A stretch of DNA of 64,000 bases. Source: Octopus vulgaris. Taxonomy: Eukaryota. The stretch covers positions 20,336,001-20,400,000 of the forward strand of contig OX597817.1 of assembly GCA_951406725.2 (NCBI GenBank). Reading direction: 5' to 3'. Made by a program: the position numbers and the translations under genes. Shown piece after piece: positions 13,430 to 26,512 of this stretch (its first letter is position 1; every line of letters starts with the position of its first letter). The notes under the pieces are model-generated. The model worked only from the letters and a program-made list of their open reading frames with translations. It had not been told where the DNA came from and ran no database searches.

Positions 13430-13890
13430 CTGCAGAGCATGAAGGAGTAAGAACATGATTGCACTTGATATTGAAGTTTTGAAAGTCCTAGCTGCAAAAG
13501 AAAATATTAGCAACATTGCAAAAATATTATGCTGGAAAATCTACAGTGGTAATAATATGTGGCAATAAAGAGGAAAATTAGCCAAGCGTACGTGAAGTTG
13601 CTTCATTAACTTGTGTTCCTTATTATTTTCTTGATGTAATATGAAGCTTGAATGGAAGCGGTTCTATTGTGTAATAATCAACGACCAGAATCTCAAGAAT
13701 GTGCCGATGAAAACGATGTACGTAAAAGTCGAAAAACAAAGAGTGTGTTGGGCGTTTAGCAGAAGGCAGGGAGATGTAACTTCTAATGAAAATTATTTTC
13801 TGTTATTGACAGAGTAATTTGCAAGGTTCAAGAAGCACTTGAATTTGCACAAATTAGAATCAACTGGTGGAGCTGCTAGCATTAATACAG
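13430..13890 (+). mobile_element. Degenerate pogo/Tigger (CENP-B-like) transposase fragment (second copy at ~40091-40551)
   Basis: NDQNLKNVPM and ARFKKHLNLHKLESTGGAASI resemble the Tigger motif FK.R..L.....GE.AS. Confidence 0.55.
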
Positions 13891-13940
13891 TGTATGATAC
13901 TAAGTATTCTTAGCAACTGAAGAATAACTGGATGGGGATT

Positions 13941-14200
13941 GATTTGGCCCTGTATGAATATCATCTGTTCCCTAACATGAAAAACACATTTTGAAGGGAA
14001 CCAGTATCGACGTGATGATAACGTGATATCTGCTGTTGATGAATTTTTTTTGACCTGCAGTGCGAAGGTTTCTTTCTCAAAGGTTCCCACACGAGTGCAA
14101 CACTCATGAGAGAAGTATGTGGACCGCAATAAACCTCGTCTGGTCACATTGTATGAGGGTGTCTTCGTCAGATTTTAAACTTTTTGGTGACTCTCCCAAT
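13941..14200 (+). mobile_element. Mariner transposase 3' fragment (second copy at ~40602-40860)
   Basis: DLALYEYHLFPNMKKH..GNQYRRDDNVISAVDEFF resembles the mariner SPDLAPSDYHLF tail. Confidence 0.7.
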
Positions 14201-15174
14201 AAATACACATGAGCGTTTAAATTTACATACATACATACTCACGCGTGTGTGGGGGGAGGAGTGTAGTTAAAAGCTTTGTTGAGAGCATTTTCGCCCACGC
14301 GGTGACTTGCAGAAAAAAATTGAAATAACATGAAGAAAAATGCACAGAGGTTGATGAAAATGAACTTATTGCAACGATATACCAGCAAGCAAATTATTTT
14401 CCAGTGAAAAGAAACGTGAACACGAAATTTCGAAATCAAGAACCATCGTCCGTTGCTTCTTGTGAGTGGTTATACACCGCAGGAGTCATTAAATTAAAGC
14501 CTATGTATCATTCAGGAAAACTAAACGCTTTCAAGTTTAAGCACATTTTTTCTACTTCAGTTTGCCTTTCAAATTAAAAGCATAGATGGCTCGAAGCCCG
14601 TTTGAACAGTGATTGACATTATACTTTTTATCCCGCTATAGTAGTGACAAGTTTCGGGCAAAATGCTTTCAACAATTACACCAAGCAATCTTGTCGGCTT
14701 AAATGAGCTTTTTGATAATGTGAGAAAAGTATATATATATATATAAGTATACAGCTACCGCAATCCCAACACAAGAAGTCGTGATAACTATCTACAAGGC
14801 ATATTATGTGAGAAATTTCAAGCAACTTATGAAATCAAATGACTACAATATCGAAAGTAGTGTTAGTGACTACTGGAAGAAGTGCGGCATCATTTATACT
14901 GTGGATAACATAACATATTATTGAGATGAAGTTAAATATATATGATCACAGTGTATCCTCCAATTTACTATGTTAAAAAATTACTATATAAAATTCGAAC
15001 ATAATTGTGAGACTTGAAAATCATGTAGAGTTAGGGGTGAAATGGTTGAGATACTACTGCCCGGTAGCAAAAGTTTATCCGACTACAAACTGAAGCTGCT
15101 TTGATGAAAACAACCTGAGAATTCAGCGATTTCAGAAGCAAACCTGAAGTTGCCCGCAAGCAATATTACTAGCG

Positions 15175-15835
15175 GATTGCCAAGAAACGTTAGCACGCTG
15201 GGCGAAATGCTTAGCGGTATTTAGTCCTTTGTGGATAGTCAGGAAATATGTATACGTTCTGAGTTCAAATTCCGCCGAGGTCGACTTTGCCTTTCATCCT
15301 TTCGGGGTCGATAAATTAAGTACCTATTTCTTTACTACCCACAAGGGGCTAAACATAGAGAGGACAAACAAGGTCAGACAAACGGATTAAGTCGATAAAA
15401 TCGACCCCAGTGCGTAACTGGCACTTGATTTATCGACCCCGAAAGGATGAAAGGCAAAGTCGACCTCGGCGGAATTTGAACTCAGAACGTAACGGCAGAC
15501 GAAATACGGCTACGCATTTTGCCCGGCCTGCTAACGAACTCTGCCAAATCGCCGCCTTACTTAACTTAAGTACCAGTTAAGCACTGGGGTCGATATAATC
15601 GACTTAATCCGTCTGCCTGTCCTTGTTTGTCTTCTCTGTGTTTAGCCCCTTGTGGGTAGTAAAGAAATAGATAGTAAAGAAATAGGTATTTCGCCTGAGT
15701 TCACATTCCTCCGAGGTCAACTATGCCTTTCATCCTTTCGAGGTCGATAAATTACGAAGCAGTTGCGTACCGGACTCGATCTAATCGACTGGCCCCTTTC
15801 CCCAAAATGTCGGGCTTTGTGCCTAGAATAGAAAA
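15175..15835. mobile_element. Nested SINE cluster: minus-strand SINE (15325-15557) inside a plus-strand SINE of the same family, followed by a third fragment
   Basis: Core gagttcaaattccgccgaggtcgactttgcctttcatcctttcggggtcgat occurs on both strands. 9-bp TSD ttaagtacc at 15316-15324 and 15566-15574. Confidence 0.88.
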
Positions 15836-16121
15836 CAATATTACTAAATGATTGCCGATTATACGAAAAGGTTTGGAAATACCTCAATTTTTTTTTGTCT
15901 TCAGATACTTAATAACACTACGATGTCAAAGTTTCTCCCTTTTCATGAAATGTTGCTACTAGTTACATTTCAGGTCTTATTTGAACAGTCAGATGTCAGT
16001 TTACCTAGAAGAAACAATGAGGTTATTTATGAGAGGGCTTCAAACTAAATTATTCAATATTTCATAGCTCTAGCATCATCCTTCATAATCAGCCTATGAT
16101 CTTTTCAGCCCACCCTCCTAA

Positions 16122-16180
<59 letters not shown>

Positions 16181-16181
<1 letters not shown>

Positions 16182-17016
16182 TAAGTAATTAGGGTTCAGC
16201 AACGATTTGCCTCACCACACACCGAATTTAGAAATAGCAGTCCTACTTAAAAGGGAGATCCCAGTAAAACCAAAGCACTCAAGAACAAACCACTCAGGTA
16301 AAAGAGAAAGAAATGAAAATCATTCTATATTAAGTTGCCTACGGACGCGCGTTTCGGAAAAAACCCAAAATAGAGCATAAAAAGTAAATAATTATACCTT
16401 ACCTGACTATTTTCCTCATCAGCGTAGGATTCTTCAATTATAAATAATTGCGTCTCAATTATTAATATTTGTGTATTAAATTTGAAGGCACTAGAAAATA
16501 TCACTTCAACTCAAGGTATCAGTGAGAACGTATACCGTGCCGGTACCGCCAAATTCAAAAAGTGAATGAGAGTAAGTCACTCTCCCTGTCCACCAGCGTG
16601 TTGCCAAAGTAAGATGATACAGTTTTTTTTCTGGGAGGAAATACCATTATCAATAATAACAAAGGGTGAAATTAATTAATTAAGAAGTAATCAGTAATTT
16701 CACAAAGTAGAATTCGGGATGTAAAAGACCAATTCAAGGTAAGTTTAAGTAATACTAATAATTAGTGTTCAGCAACGATTTGCCTCACCACACACCGACT
16801 TTAGAAATAGCAGTCAAAAAGTATTGGCTATTCCTTCTACTTTAAAGGGAAATCCCAGTAAAACCAAAGCACTCAAGAACAAACCACGCAGGTAAAAGAG
16901 AAAGAAATGACGAAAATCATTCTATATTAAGTTGCCTACGGACGCGCGTTTCGGAATTAAGCCAGTATAGAGCATAAAAAGTAAATAATTATACCTTACC
17001 TGGCTATTTTCCTCAT
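16181..17016 (-). mobile_element. PLE-like direct terminal repeats (~240-bp arms, period ~597 bp at the HHR)
   Basis: gttcagcaacgatttgcctcaccacacaccga...cctacggacgcgcgtttcgg...tattttcctcat occurs twice. Flanked by TA-rich tracts. Confidence 0.8.
16338..16428 (-). ncRNA. Type I hammerhead ribozyme with intact core and long loop II
   Basis: Minus strand reads CCTACG-CTGATGA-GGAAAA...TTTTCC-GAAAC-GCGC-GTC-CGTAGG. Perfect 6-bp stems I and II, palindromic loop III. Confidence 0.85.
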
Positions 17017-18064
17017 ATATAGATACATGTATGTGAGTGTGTGTATGTAAGTGTGCGTGTGTGTAAGCAAACACAAGCGCGAAAGCGCGCGCATATACTT
17101 CGTTTAATATACATAATCACATAATCATTACCTGCATTTTGTAGCTTGTCTAGTGATATACATTTTGAAGCAAAATACAGTTATTGTCCTACACTCACTC
17201 TCCTTTACATATACACCGTTACTAACATAGAAGAAGAAGAAGACAGTATATGTATACACAGAAAAAGAAGCGTATTTGCAAATTGAGTTACTACTGGGAA
17301 ACAATATTGGTCTTCTGAAAGACCTCCAGAGAGATTTTATCGTCAATTTATCTCATGAATAACAAGTTCTTTACTTTTATTAATATTTCTTCTATTAGAC
17401 GTTTATTGCAGCAATGCATCTGTCCTTACGACTCTGAACGTATTTAATGCTTTCGACTTGTGCCTGCTTTCAGCTACAGGTAACCACATGCGTATAAATA
17501 TTGCGGCAAAATAGAATCTCGGTGATGGTATTTATTGCAGGTTTTATATACAAGGATTGTGATATTTCGCGTCAACTGTTGTAAATATAAACTTTCTAGA
17601 GACAGAGAAGAAAATAAAGAACTTGTGTTGTAGTAGAAAATAAACTTGAATACAAACTAAAAGAAAAGTTCTAAACATTTGAACTGCCGGACCATGCTGA
17701 AAACTACAGAAGAATGAACATGATGATTGTTGCTTTACTTACTTCGTGTTCTTCCTGTTGAAATTTATATAAGAAAATGTAAAACCTGATTTTATTGTGT
17801 GTTTTTTTTTTGCTAGAGAATACATTAACGTGCCCCGTATTCTTTGAAATATTTCTGATTTCATTTTCCATGTCAGTTAAGTAGCTTAACTAATGTTCTC
17901 GACACGCACAAATACAGAGACAGACACCGCTCTACTGAGAAGTCTGCATGATTCTTTATGTCAATGTGTATGTTTATTATTATCGGCGAAATGACCCACA
18001 CAAATATGTGTCCCTTTGTGCCTGTGTGCCTGTGTGTGCGTCTTTGTCAGTCTCTCTATCTCCC

Positions 18065-18162
<98 letters not shown>

Positions 18163-18805
18163 TTCTGCATATTGGTATTTATGAGTATAGCTGCGACGTA
18201 TTGACAAATTTAGATGCAATATCTTTCTACCATTTCATAGACGTGCTCTCTATGCTAGTGTCATCTGTTAAAATTTCATTATCAGTATTAATGAATGAAG
18301 AACGATAACTATTATATATCTTACATTTGTGCAGTGACAGAATACTTCACTAAAGCATGTTGGTCCATGTCTGGCCTTTATACTTCTGTCTCATACAATT
18401 AATATACATAGCTCGCTTCAGATGGACAAGGTATGTATCTTCATAACGTTAACTTACAAGATCATTGATTGCAGCTGAACCTACATAGCAGAATGGAAAC
18501 ATCTTTCCACAAATGTTTTGTGTCAAAGTTAGATTATTTTTGTTACTGTTGTTATTACTATTATTAATTCTGTTGTTCGTTTTGGAGTCCTTTTTGTTTT
18601 TTCATTACAATTGTAGTATGCTGTAGTTCATATAAACGAGCCGCTATCATATATTTACGGGTTTATTCTCACTGCAGCGCATATAACTCAAGTGATTTCC
18701 TACTTCTTTACCGTTCTAAAAGTTATTTCTTAGACGAAGATTATTTAGATGCACATCCTTTAACATCCGCTTTGCATGCAGACAAGGGTTGGACTTCAGT
18801 ACATT

Positions 18806-18849
<44 letters not shown>

Positions 18850-18873
18850 AATGTATATTTGTAAGTATGTATG

Positions 18874-18967
<94 letters not shown>

Positions 18968-19049
18968 CATATACATATATATATATATATAAATTATATA
19001 TATGCATACATACATGTACATGCATATATTTGTATATAAAGATTCTTAT

Positions 19050-19700
19050 ATGGGTACAGGACATCGAAAAACGTAAACAAAATGAAAAACGAGAACATGA
19101 GATACGAAAACGAAAACATAGAAAACGAAGTGTTTTTGCAAACAACGAAAGAACAAATAGAAAAACAAGACAGGCAACATAAAGAATAATCCATTCATCA
19201 CTGTTTTATCTATTCCGCATTTCGAGCAGTAGGACAAATGCGTCTTCGTCAAGAAAGTTGCTCCCGCAAAGCAAATTAAAGAGAATTTGCGATTTGTGTA
19301 GGGTCAATCTTGGTAACACACACAGGGCAGTGAAAACAGACGGTAAGGGTTGTTTAGACATAACGAAGTGAGGTGGAGAACGCGGCAGTATCAAACTTTG
19401 GCAGGAGACAGACAAAAGTGAGTGCTATCCCTGTAGCTGAACGAGAAGGAGGAAATAAATTCAAGTCAGGAAAAGAAAGATGGCCACCGGTCACGCGTGA
19501 CCAAAGACAAAGTGATGGAGGGAAGGTGATGAAGGGAGAATGACAAATAGAGAACGGTGAACAGAAGGAGAAAAATTAGAAACAAAAAACAATATAGAAA
19601 CAGGAAGAGAGAGAGAGAGAAAAAAAAAGGGATAGTAGTAAAATAGTGTCGCATCAGAATTATTAAGATAAAACTTACTTGCAAATGGTTGCGTGGCGTT
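19050..19700 (-). repeat. Interspersed repeat, probably a PLE terminal region, related to 59940-60310
   Basis: Contains the palindrome ggtcacgcgtgacc (19489-19502). The reverse-complement context resembles gctcacgcgggaccatcgtccatctttctc near 60103. Confidence 0.4.
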
Positions 19701-19718
19701 CAAACATACAATAATATA

Positions 19719-19805
<87 letters not shown>

Positions 19806-19890
19806 GCCGGCGGGGTGGCGTCATTTGAAGGCTAAAACAACGCGAAGCGCATTGTGACCAGCGATATGTAGTAGCATCTGATAGTATATA

Positions 19891-19925
<35 letters not shown>

Positions 19926-19928
19926 TAC

Positions 19929-20252
19929 ATTAGATACTCATTCTCCTGCACGTCTTCCTGCCTTATCTATTGCATGAAATGTAATCTCTGCAACAAGCTG
20001 CATGTTCCTAAAACTGACCGCCGGCTAGCCGACCGGTTCACCAAATATCTACGAGATGTGTGGCCATGCAACAATGCCCTCGTCGCCCGTCATTTTCGCT
20101 TGGCCAACCACTCCACCACAAATATCACCGTCCTCGGCCGTGCCTTGCACCACGGATTCATGAACTCTGTACTCCGCATGGAACGGTATTACATTTTCAG
20201 TCTAGAAACACAAACACCTTTGGAACTCAACACAATCCTTTCTTCTCAATAA
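19929..20252 (+). mobile_element. Penelope-like element GIY-YIG endonuclease remnant
   Basis: FSCTSSCLIYCMKCNLCNKLHVPKTDRRLADRFTKYLRDV...VARHF...H...ERYYIFSLETQTPLELN fits the PLE pattern IYC..C..C...YIG.T.R.L..RF.EH...P.GLN. Catalytic residues have decayed. Confidence 0.85.
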
Positions 20253-20971
20253 CTGTCTCTACACACTACTAGAAAAATTCATTTTTATCCTATCTTATAC
20301 TCACTCGCATTTTACAACTTTTATTCGGTTTTTATCGACTTTTTATCGTTTATTCCGTCATAATTGTTTATTTTGATCATTTTACTTTATTTTATGTATA
20401 ATTGTATTAATTTCTAATTTATCGATTTAATTTTTTTTTCATCTTTTATGTTACTTTTTATATATTTTTATTTATTACTTCTATTATTTTTATTTATTAC
20501 TTTTCTGTATTAATGTTATCTATTTTATTTCATTCTATTTCATTTTAAATTTTTTATATAGACACATGTACACACGCACACATACATACACGGACGCGCA
20601 TACATGCACACGCACTCGCACACACGTAAGCACATATATGTCCCACAAATATCACACACATACATGCATACACATATACACATATGCATACACACACACA
20701 CATACATACATGCATACACACACGTGCATACACCTAGATACATGCACATAGACACACATACATGCACACATACGTACACGTAAACACACCCACGCACGCG
20801 CAAACGCGCACACCCACAAGATCGCACTTATACGCCCCACAGAAATACACGCACACACTCACATACACACCCGTTCATATACCCTCTTACGAACATATAT
20901 GTACAAGCACAAACACACGCACATAGACACGAACGCCCACACACAACACACACGTATAACTCACATATATA

Positions 20972-21200
20972 TATTTCTTTACTGCCCAGAAGGAGCCAAA
21001 CATAGAGGGGACAAACAAGGACAGACAAAGGGATCAAGTCGATTACATCGACCCCAGTGCGTAACTAGTACTTTATTTATCGACCCCAAAGGATGAAAGG
21101 CAAAGTCGACTTTGACGGAATTTGAACTCAGAACGTAACGGCAGACGAAATACGGCTACGCATTTCGCCCGGCGTGCTAACGTTTCCGCCAACTCACAGC
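20972..21200 (-). mobile_element. SINE, same family as 15325-15557 (second copy at ~47615-47843)
   Basis: Shares gacaaacaagga...tcgaccccagtgcgtaact...ggaatttgaactcagaacgtaacggcagacgaaatacggctacgcattt. Confidence 0.88.
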
Positions 21201-21682
21201 CTTCAATCTCACACATATAAGCAAACGCACAACACACATATAAGCAAATGTATGCACATATATATATGTGCAAAAACACATAACTACACAAAAAAAAACC
21301 CTCTTCTGTTACCATAGATGCTCAATTCTTCTTACAACATTAACAGACACAAAGATCACTCACCCATACACACATTAATAATTAATAAAAACGCAACACA
21401 CACACGCACATACATACACACACTCGCACCACCCGCGTACAGACACACACGCACCCCTTTACTGCCACACACACATAACACACACATGCTTTCAGACACG
21501 AATGCGCGTGCACATACCCACACATACACACAGTGATACGTCATTCGTTTACACTGTCCTGTGTTAGAAAGAAATTTTTCTTTGTCCATTCCCTTTCGGT
21601 CATTCCAAAAGGTAACTACATGTGAATTTTTGGCTATTTTTTCCCTCCGTCTTCCTTTCCTCTTGCACCTTCGTCTGTTTCT

Positions 21683-21719
21683 TGTTTCTGAAAATGAGCT
21701 TTGCTCGAAACGTAAAACA
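21683..21719 (+). ncRNA. Degenerate minimal hammerhead motif lacking stem III, PLE type (second copy at 48326-48362)
   Basis: TGTTT-CTGAAAA-t-GAGC-ttt-GCTC-GAAAC-GTA-AAACA. Stems I and II pair perfectly, but core G8 is changed to A. Confidence 0.5.
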
Positions 21720-21898
21720 CCCTTTTTCCCTTCCTTGAGCGTCTTTTAATAATTTGCACGTACCACGTCCGTGCGTTGTTGGGTTTTCTTGTGTTTTTTT
21801 CTTCGTATTTATTTTGGATCAATTATATATAAATCCTTAAAAATATTTTAGCCCGAAGGCCGCGGCCATGCTGGGGCACCACCGCTGAAAAAATACTG

Positions 21899-21966
21899 CG
21901 CCCAACGTGGGGCTCGAACCCACGACCCCGAGATTAAGAGTATCGTGCTCTACCGACTGAGCTAGC
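21899..21966 (-). pseudogene. tRNA-Lys(CTT)-like sequence lacking its first 5 nt; head of a short SINE spanning ~21832-21966
   Basis: Minus strand reads gctagctcagtcggtagagcacgatactCTTaatctcggggtcgtgggttcgagccccacgttgggcg. The 5' acceptor strand is replaced by (TA)n and the anticodon stem has one mismatch. Followed by SINE-like tail ggtggtgccccagcatggcc. Confidence 0.85.
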
Positions 21967-24900
21967 TATATATATGTTTATATATATGTTTATATATATA
22001 TGTATATATATGTATGTATGTATTTAGCAAATATTTAGATTCAGATGAATATGTTACTTACGTTGAGGCACCAAAATGTAATACGATACAATAATGGCTA
22101 TAAGAGTATTTTAGATTATTTAGATTATTTATTAGGCAATATTATGTAGAATATCATTTCAGAGGTCGTAGAGTAACAATAGGATTTTACATATATATAT
22201 ATATAGTAAAGCGAGAGACAATTGTAACTGTAGCAAATTTGTGAAACATGATTCAACAAAATAAACAATCATAGAAAAGTATATATTGCCTTCACTGCGA
22301 TCAACAGCAGAACACTGGAGGTTACTCTGAACATTAAATTGAAATAAGAAGATAATATAAAACACGTTAATGTATTCTTTGAAATTCACATTCCAGTGTA
22401 TGTTAAATTATTATTAGTCTCTTAGATCATATAAGTAGATATTTTAAACAAGTATTTCAATTCGTTGATGTTTCTAAATATTGTAGTAGTACTACCAATC
22501 GTTTGAAATATTCATCAGCTATTTTTGCCCTCAAAGTGCTCCGTAAATCTACCACAAGAGAATTATAGTAAGTTCTCTTATATTTATTAGCCGTCCTACT
22601 TGGTCATATCATACGTTAATCTCATTAACGTGTAAAAGTGACAATAAAGTTTCACAGAAACTGAAAATATCTATAAAATTTTAAGCGTCCTTATGATATT
22701 CTCTTACAATTACCATGGCATAAAAAAAAATGTTTGACACTACCTAAGTTCGTGATATGATCTACTGATCTTTGACTGTATTTTTCCGCAATGTGTGTTA
22801 CCTATATACTGTGAGTACTCACTGAACTGAGAAATGGGTGTATTTTCACAGGTCACTCGACTATAAAAGAGGCAGACTCAGATATTTATCATCTGGAAAA
22901 AGTTGAATATTGTCAATGAAATTACATATTTTCCAGCACAGAACAGGATACGAAATTGCCTGCATATATTTGCCTGCTTCAATTGATAAGTTTTACTTGT
23001 ACTGTGTATCGGAGCCTCTTATTCTATTCTGCAACGTTGTGTTTGTAGAGGTTACGCTGTGTTTCTGTTTGAAAATAAATTAATGCTGCATTAAATGCTT
23101 ACTTTCAATGCGGCTTAATACAACTATCATGTAAAATAAATTACGTAAGATGAGTAGCATAATACAGTCAGTGATATTTTATTGTTTTATTAAATTCTAA
23201 TGAATTTCCAACATAAATGACGATTTCCGTTAAAGAAGTATAAATTCAATGGTATTATATTACTTAATTCATTAATTTCAAATTTAAATACTAAAGTTAC
23301 ATTATACTGAGTCAGAGTACTCTGCAATGCGTATGCATATTGATTAGATAGTTCATATTTGCTAATCAAAACAACAACAAAAACAATACACAATAAACAA
23401 GAATGGGACATAAGATGTATTCGATAAATAATTTTAATGAAAATGATGATAGCTTATCCGGCGTCGGATTCTACTGGAACATTGCTTTCAATAATTTGTT
23501 TACTGTAATATTTTCACCGAGGTAAAAGTGGTATCTAGTAAAGTGATATCTTTATTATCTACGGATAGAATAATCATTACACATTTCAGTGATTATGCAC
23601 TTATACGCGTAGTATATTTTGTACATAAACTTTAACTAAAATTTGTGTAGCATTATGTTTCCAGAAGGAGAATGGCAGGCTTTTATATTTATGCTGTACA
23701 TCATTTTTTAAAATGCTTAATTAACTTCTTTATATCAATTATACGCTAATGTTTTAATGATCGAAAAAATATTGCGTCTATGACGTATGAAAAATCGCGT
23801 ATTTGTAAATATACATACCAAAGAAAGTGTAAAATTTCCTAAGAAAATAATATTGATTTTAATTTATTTATTGAAAAATTTCAACGTATAAAGCAATCAT
23901 ATGCTCTCCGTCCCTCCGCTACTGATATTACTAATTTACCAAACACTACACTGTATTATATGTAGTCTGCAGATTCTTATGACAGTATGGGATCTGAACA
24001 ATAATGTGCACAACCTTTGGACAAAGTGAGCATAAAAAAGTAGATTTTATGACATTATCTTACCGAAAATACACATAGACTATCATCGTTTGATTCTGCG
24101 TTTTATTTCCCCTCTTCAGGCGGCATAACATTCGTTTCTGTTAGTGTCAAAATTTTCTCTCTCTGTACTCTTAAACACACAGATCTTCCTATCCGTCTCC
24201 TCTCTGCACTTCATTTTACTTAAAGTATTTCTGTAGCATTCTGCATTTTATATTGTTGTGTACTCTTCATTCTGCATGTTTACTTGACGTGAGCAGGAAC
24301 TTTTACGCGTATACTGCTGTCTCCATATCTTAGGAAAATCAAACGTCATAAATTAAGGGAAAACAAATGAAAATCTATTTCTAAATGTATTCTACAGCAT
24401 TTTAGTTGACATCCTTTTATCGTTGTTGCAAATTTTTATCATAACACCTTAATAGTAAACCCACTAAATATTGTTTAGATATCATACTGTACCATAAGCT
24501 ATAATTCTAATTGGCGGGTATGTTCATAACTGAAGTATTGTATTGAGATCACCTTTTGGGTATTATAGATTCTAGGAGGTCTACACAAATCAGTCCTAAA
24601 TCATTGCAGTCAAATTTCAGTTAAATCATCTTTTGCGCTGATAATTCTCTCATGTAGATCTGTAGAACGGTAGTATATTGTATTTCAATACTGTTTTGAA
24701 TAGAAGGAAATATAAAATATTTTTCGTTGTCAGGTAGGCACCATACTCATGTTTTCAATCTCAACACATGTTTCTGTGAGTTAAGCAATACAAATCAGTA
24801 ATTCAAAATTTCAATGATATATCTATGAATACATAAGTATAATTTTACATAATCTTCAAAAAGATATGAATAAATTTAATGCATTTACTGAACTCAAACG

Positions 24901-26290
24901 CCGTGGTAATGATTACCCAACAGGAGGACCCTCTGTATTTGCGAGAACTTTGCTAAAACTAGGAGAATATTTCTCATGTAACAAGGAAGAAGTTATTTAA
25001 TAATGAGAAGTTCGAGTTGTCATCGCAGATATAGGTTTGATCCTTTTAGTTGCTTTTCGTATATGGTTTGTGTGTGCAAGATGAGGATATGCGAATTGCA
25101 GAAACATGTTTCAAGAGTTAAAAATCAATTTTAAGACTTTATTACAATGGCCAATGAAGGAATTACAGTTAATTGACCATTAATGTAGGACCCAGTGGTT
25201 AATATGGAAACTCTCCTCATTGTTTATGTGCGTGTTCGTTTTTTTAACACTTGAAAATCTATACACTTTCAAATCTAATATAGTCTTTCATAAATTTTAT
25301 GCAAAATAGAAATTACCGAAAAGCATTGTTGTTGTTCTTGGTTTATATTTTATTGATGCTAAATCTTCTAAAATATCACTCAGCACTTATTAAAAACAAT
25401 ACTACCACACTCAACAATAATATCTTATGCAACTCACGCTGTTTAAAATGAAGAGGGATTATTATGGGAAATGTTTCAAAATGAAAATTGATATTGTGAT
25501 ACGTATTGAATCGGAATTTTATCACGACTTTTATTCACATCTACAGCTCGCAGGACATTGGACACGAATATTGTATTTCACACATTTCCTTATTTCTCGT
25601 GAACAGTGCATAATTGCATACTACCTTTCTCCAAGTTGATAGACTAGTCTCTATCATTCCTCTCTTCATAAATAATAATTATGCATGGCCATAAAATACA
25701 AATTACACATTATCTGCTAAAAAGCAAACATTTAAATACCATTCTGAGTAAATTTCCCACCGTCTCTAGGTTAATTTATAGTGGCCGTTATAATTATAAT
25801 CAACCACATTCAATAGTGTACACAATCAAGATCCCAATACACGTATATTGTCTTAGAGGAATGTCGCCATACAATATCTCTCATTCAAATACAATGAGTA
25901 AATTAATTAAAAATTATTCTAATAAATTTCAGCTCAGGAAAATAAACTTTGTAGTTTTCAGAAACCTTTGTGCGTGTTACATATTGCCTCATATTGCAGT
26001 TGATGACAAACACACGATTCTCCTTGATAAGGACGACATATTTATTAGCATCCAGCAAGTATAATGCGTTACACTTTTGTTCAAATATATCACGGATTTA
26101 TCGTAGCTGAAGATTCCTTTATTTCAGGACACTTTATACCTGGAACCTAGTTGTCGAATACACCATCTATTCTAATCCATTATTTCTGACTTTGAGAAGG
26201 GTGCTGTTTGAATCAAATTTCAAGAACCCACATACTGCCCTCTTTTACGTCACAGATGTTTCTACAATCTGTGCCCACTAAGTATTCCTA

Positions 26291-26383
<93 letters not shown>

Positions 26384-26448
26384 CTAAACAGTGGTGGTGT
26401 AACTCCCATACGGGACTGTCACGTTAAGTTGACAGTATACATCCACTA

Positions 26449-26509
<61 letters not shown>

Positions 26510-26512
<3 letters not shown>

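Noticed and set aside
19205-19262. Possible minus-strand hammerhead (TTGACGA...ctcGAAATGCGG)
   Set aside because: No NUH site or consistent stems.
21899-21966. Functional tRNA-Lys gene
   Set aside because: The 5' acceptor strand is missing, the anticodon stem has a mismatch, and a SINE-like tail is attached.
25681-26064. 127-aa plus-strand ORF
   Set aside because: No recognisable motif, and its composition is typical of a chance AT-rich ORF.
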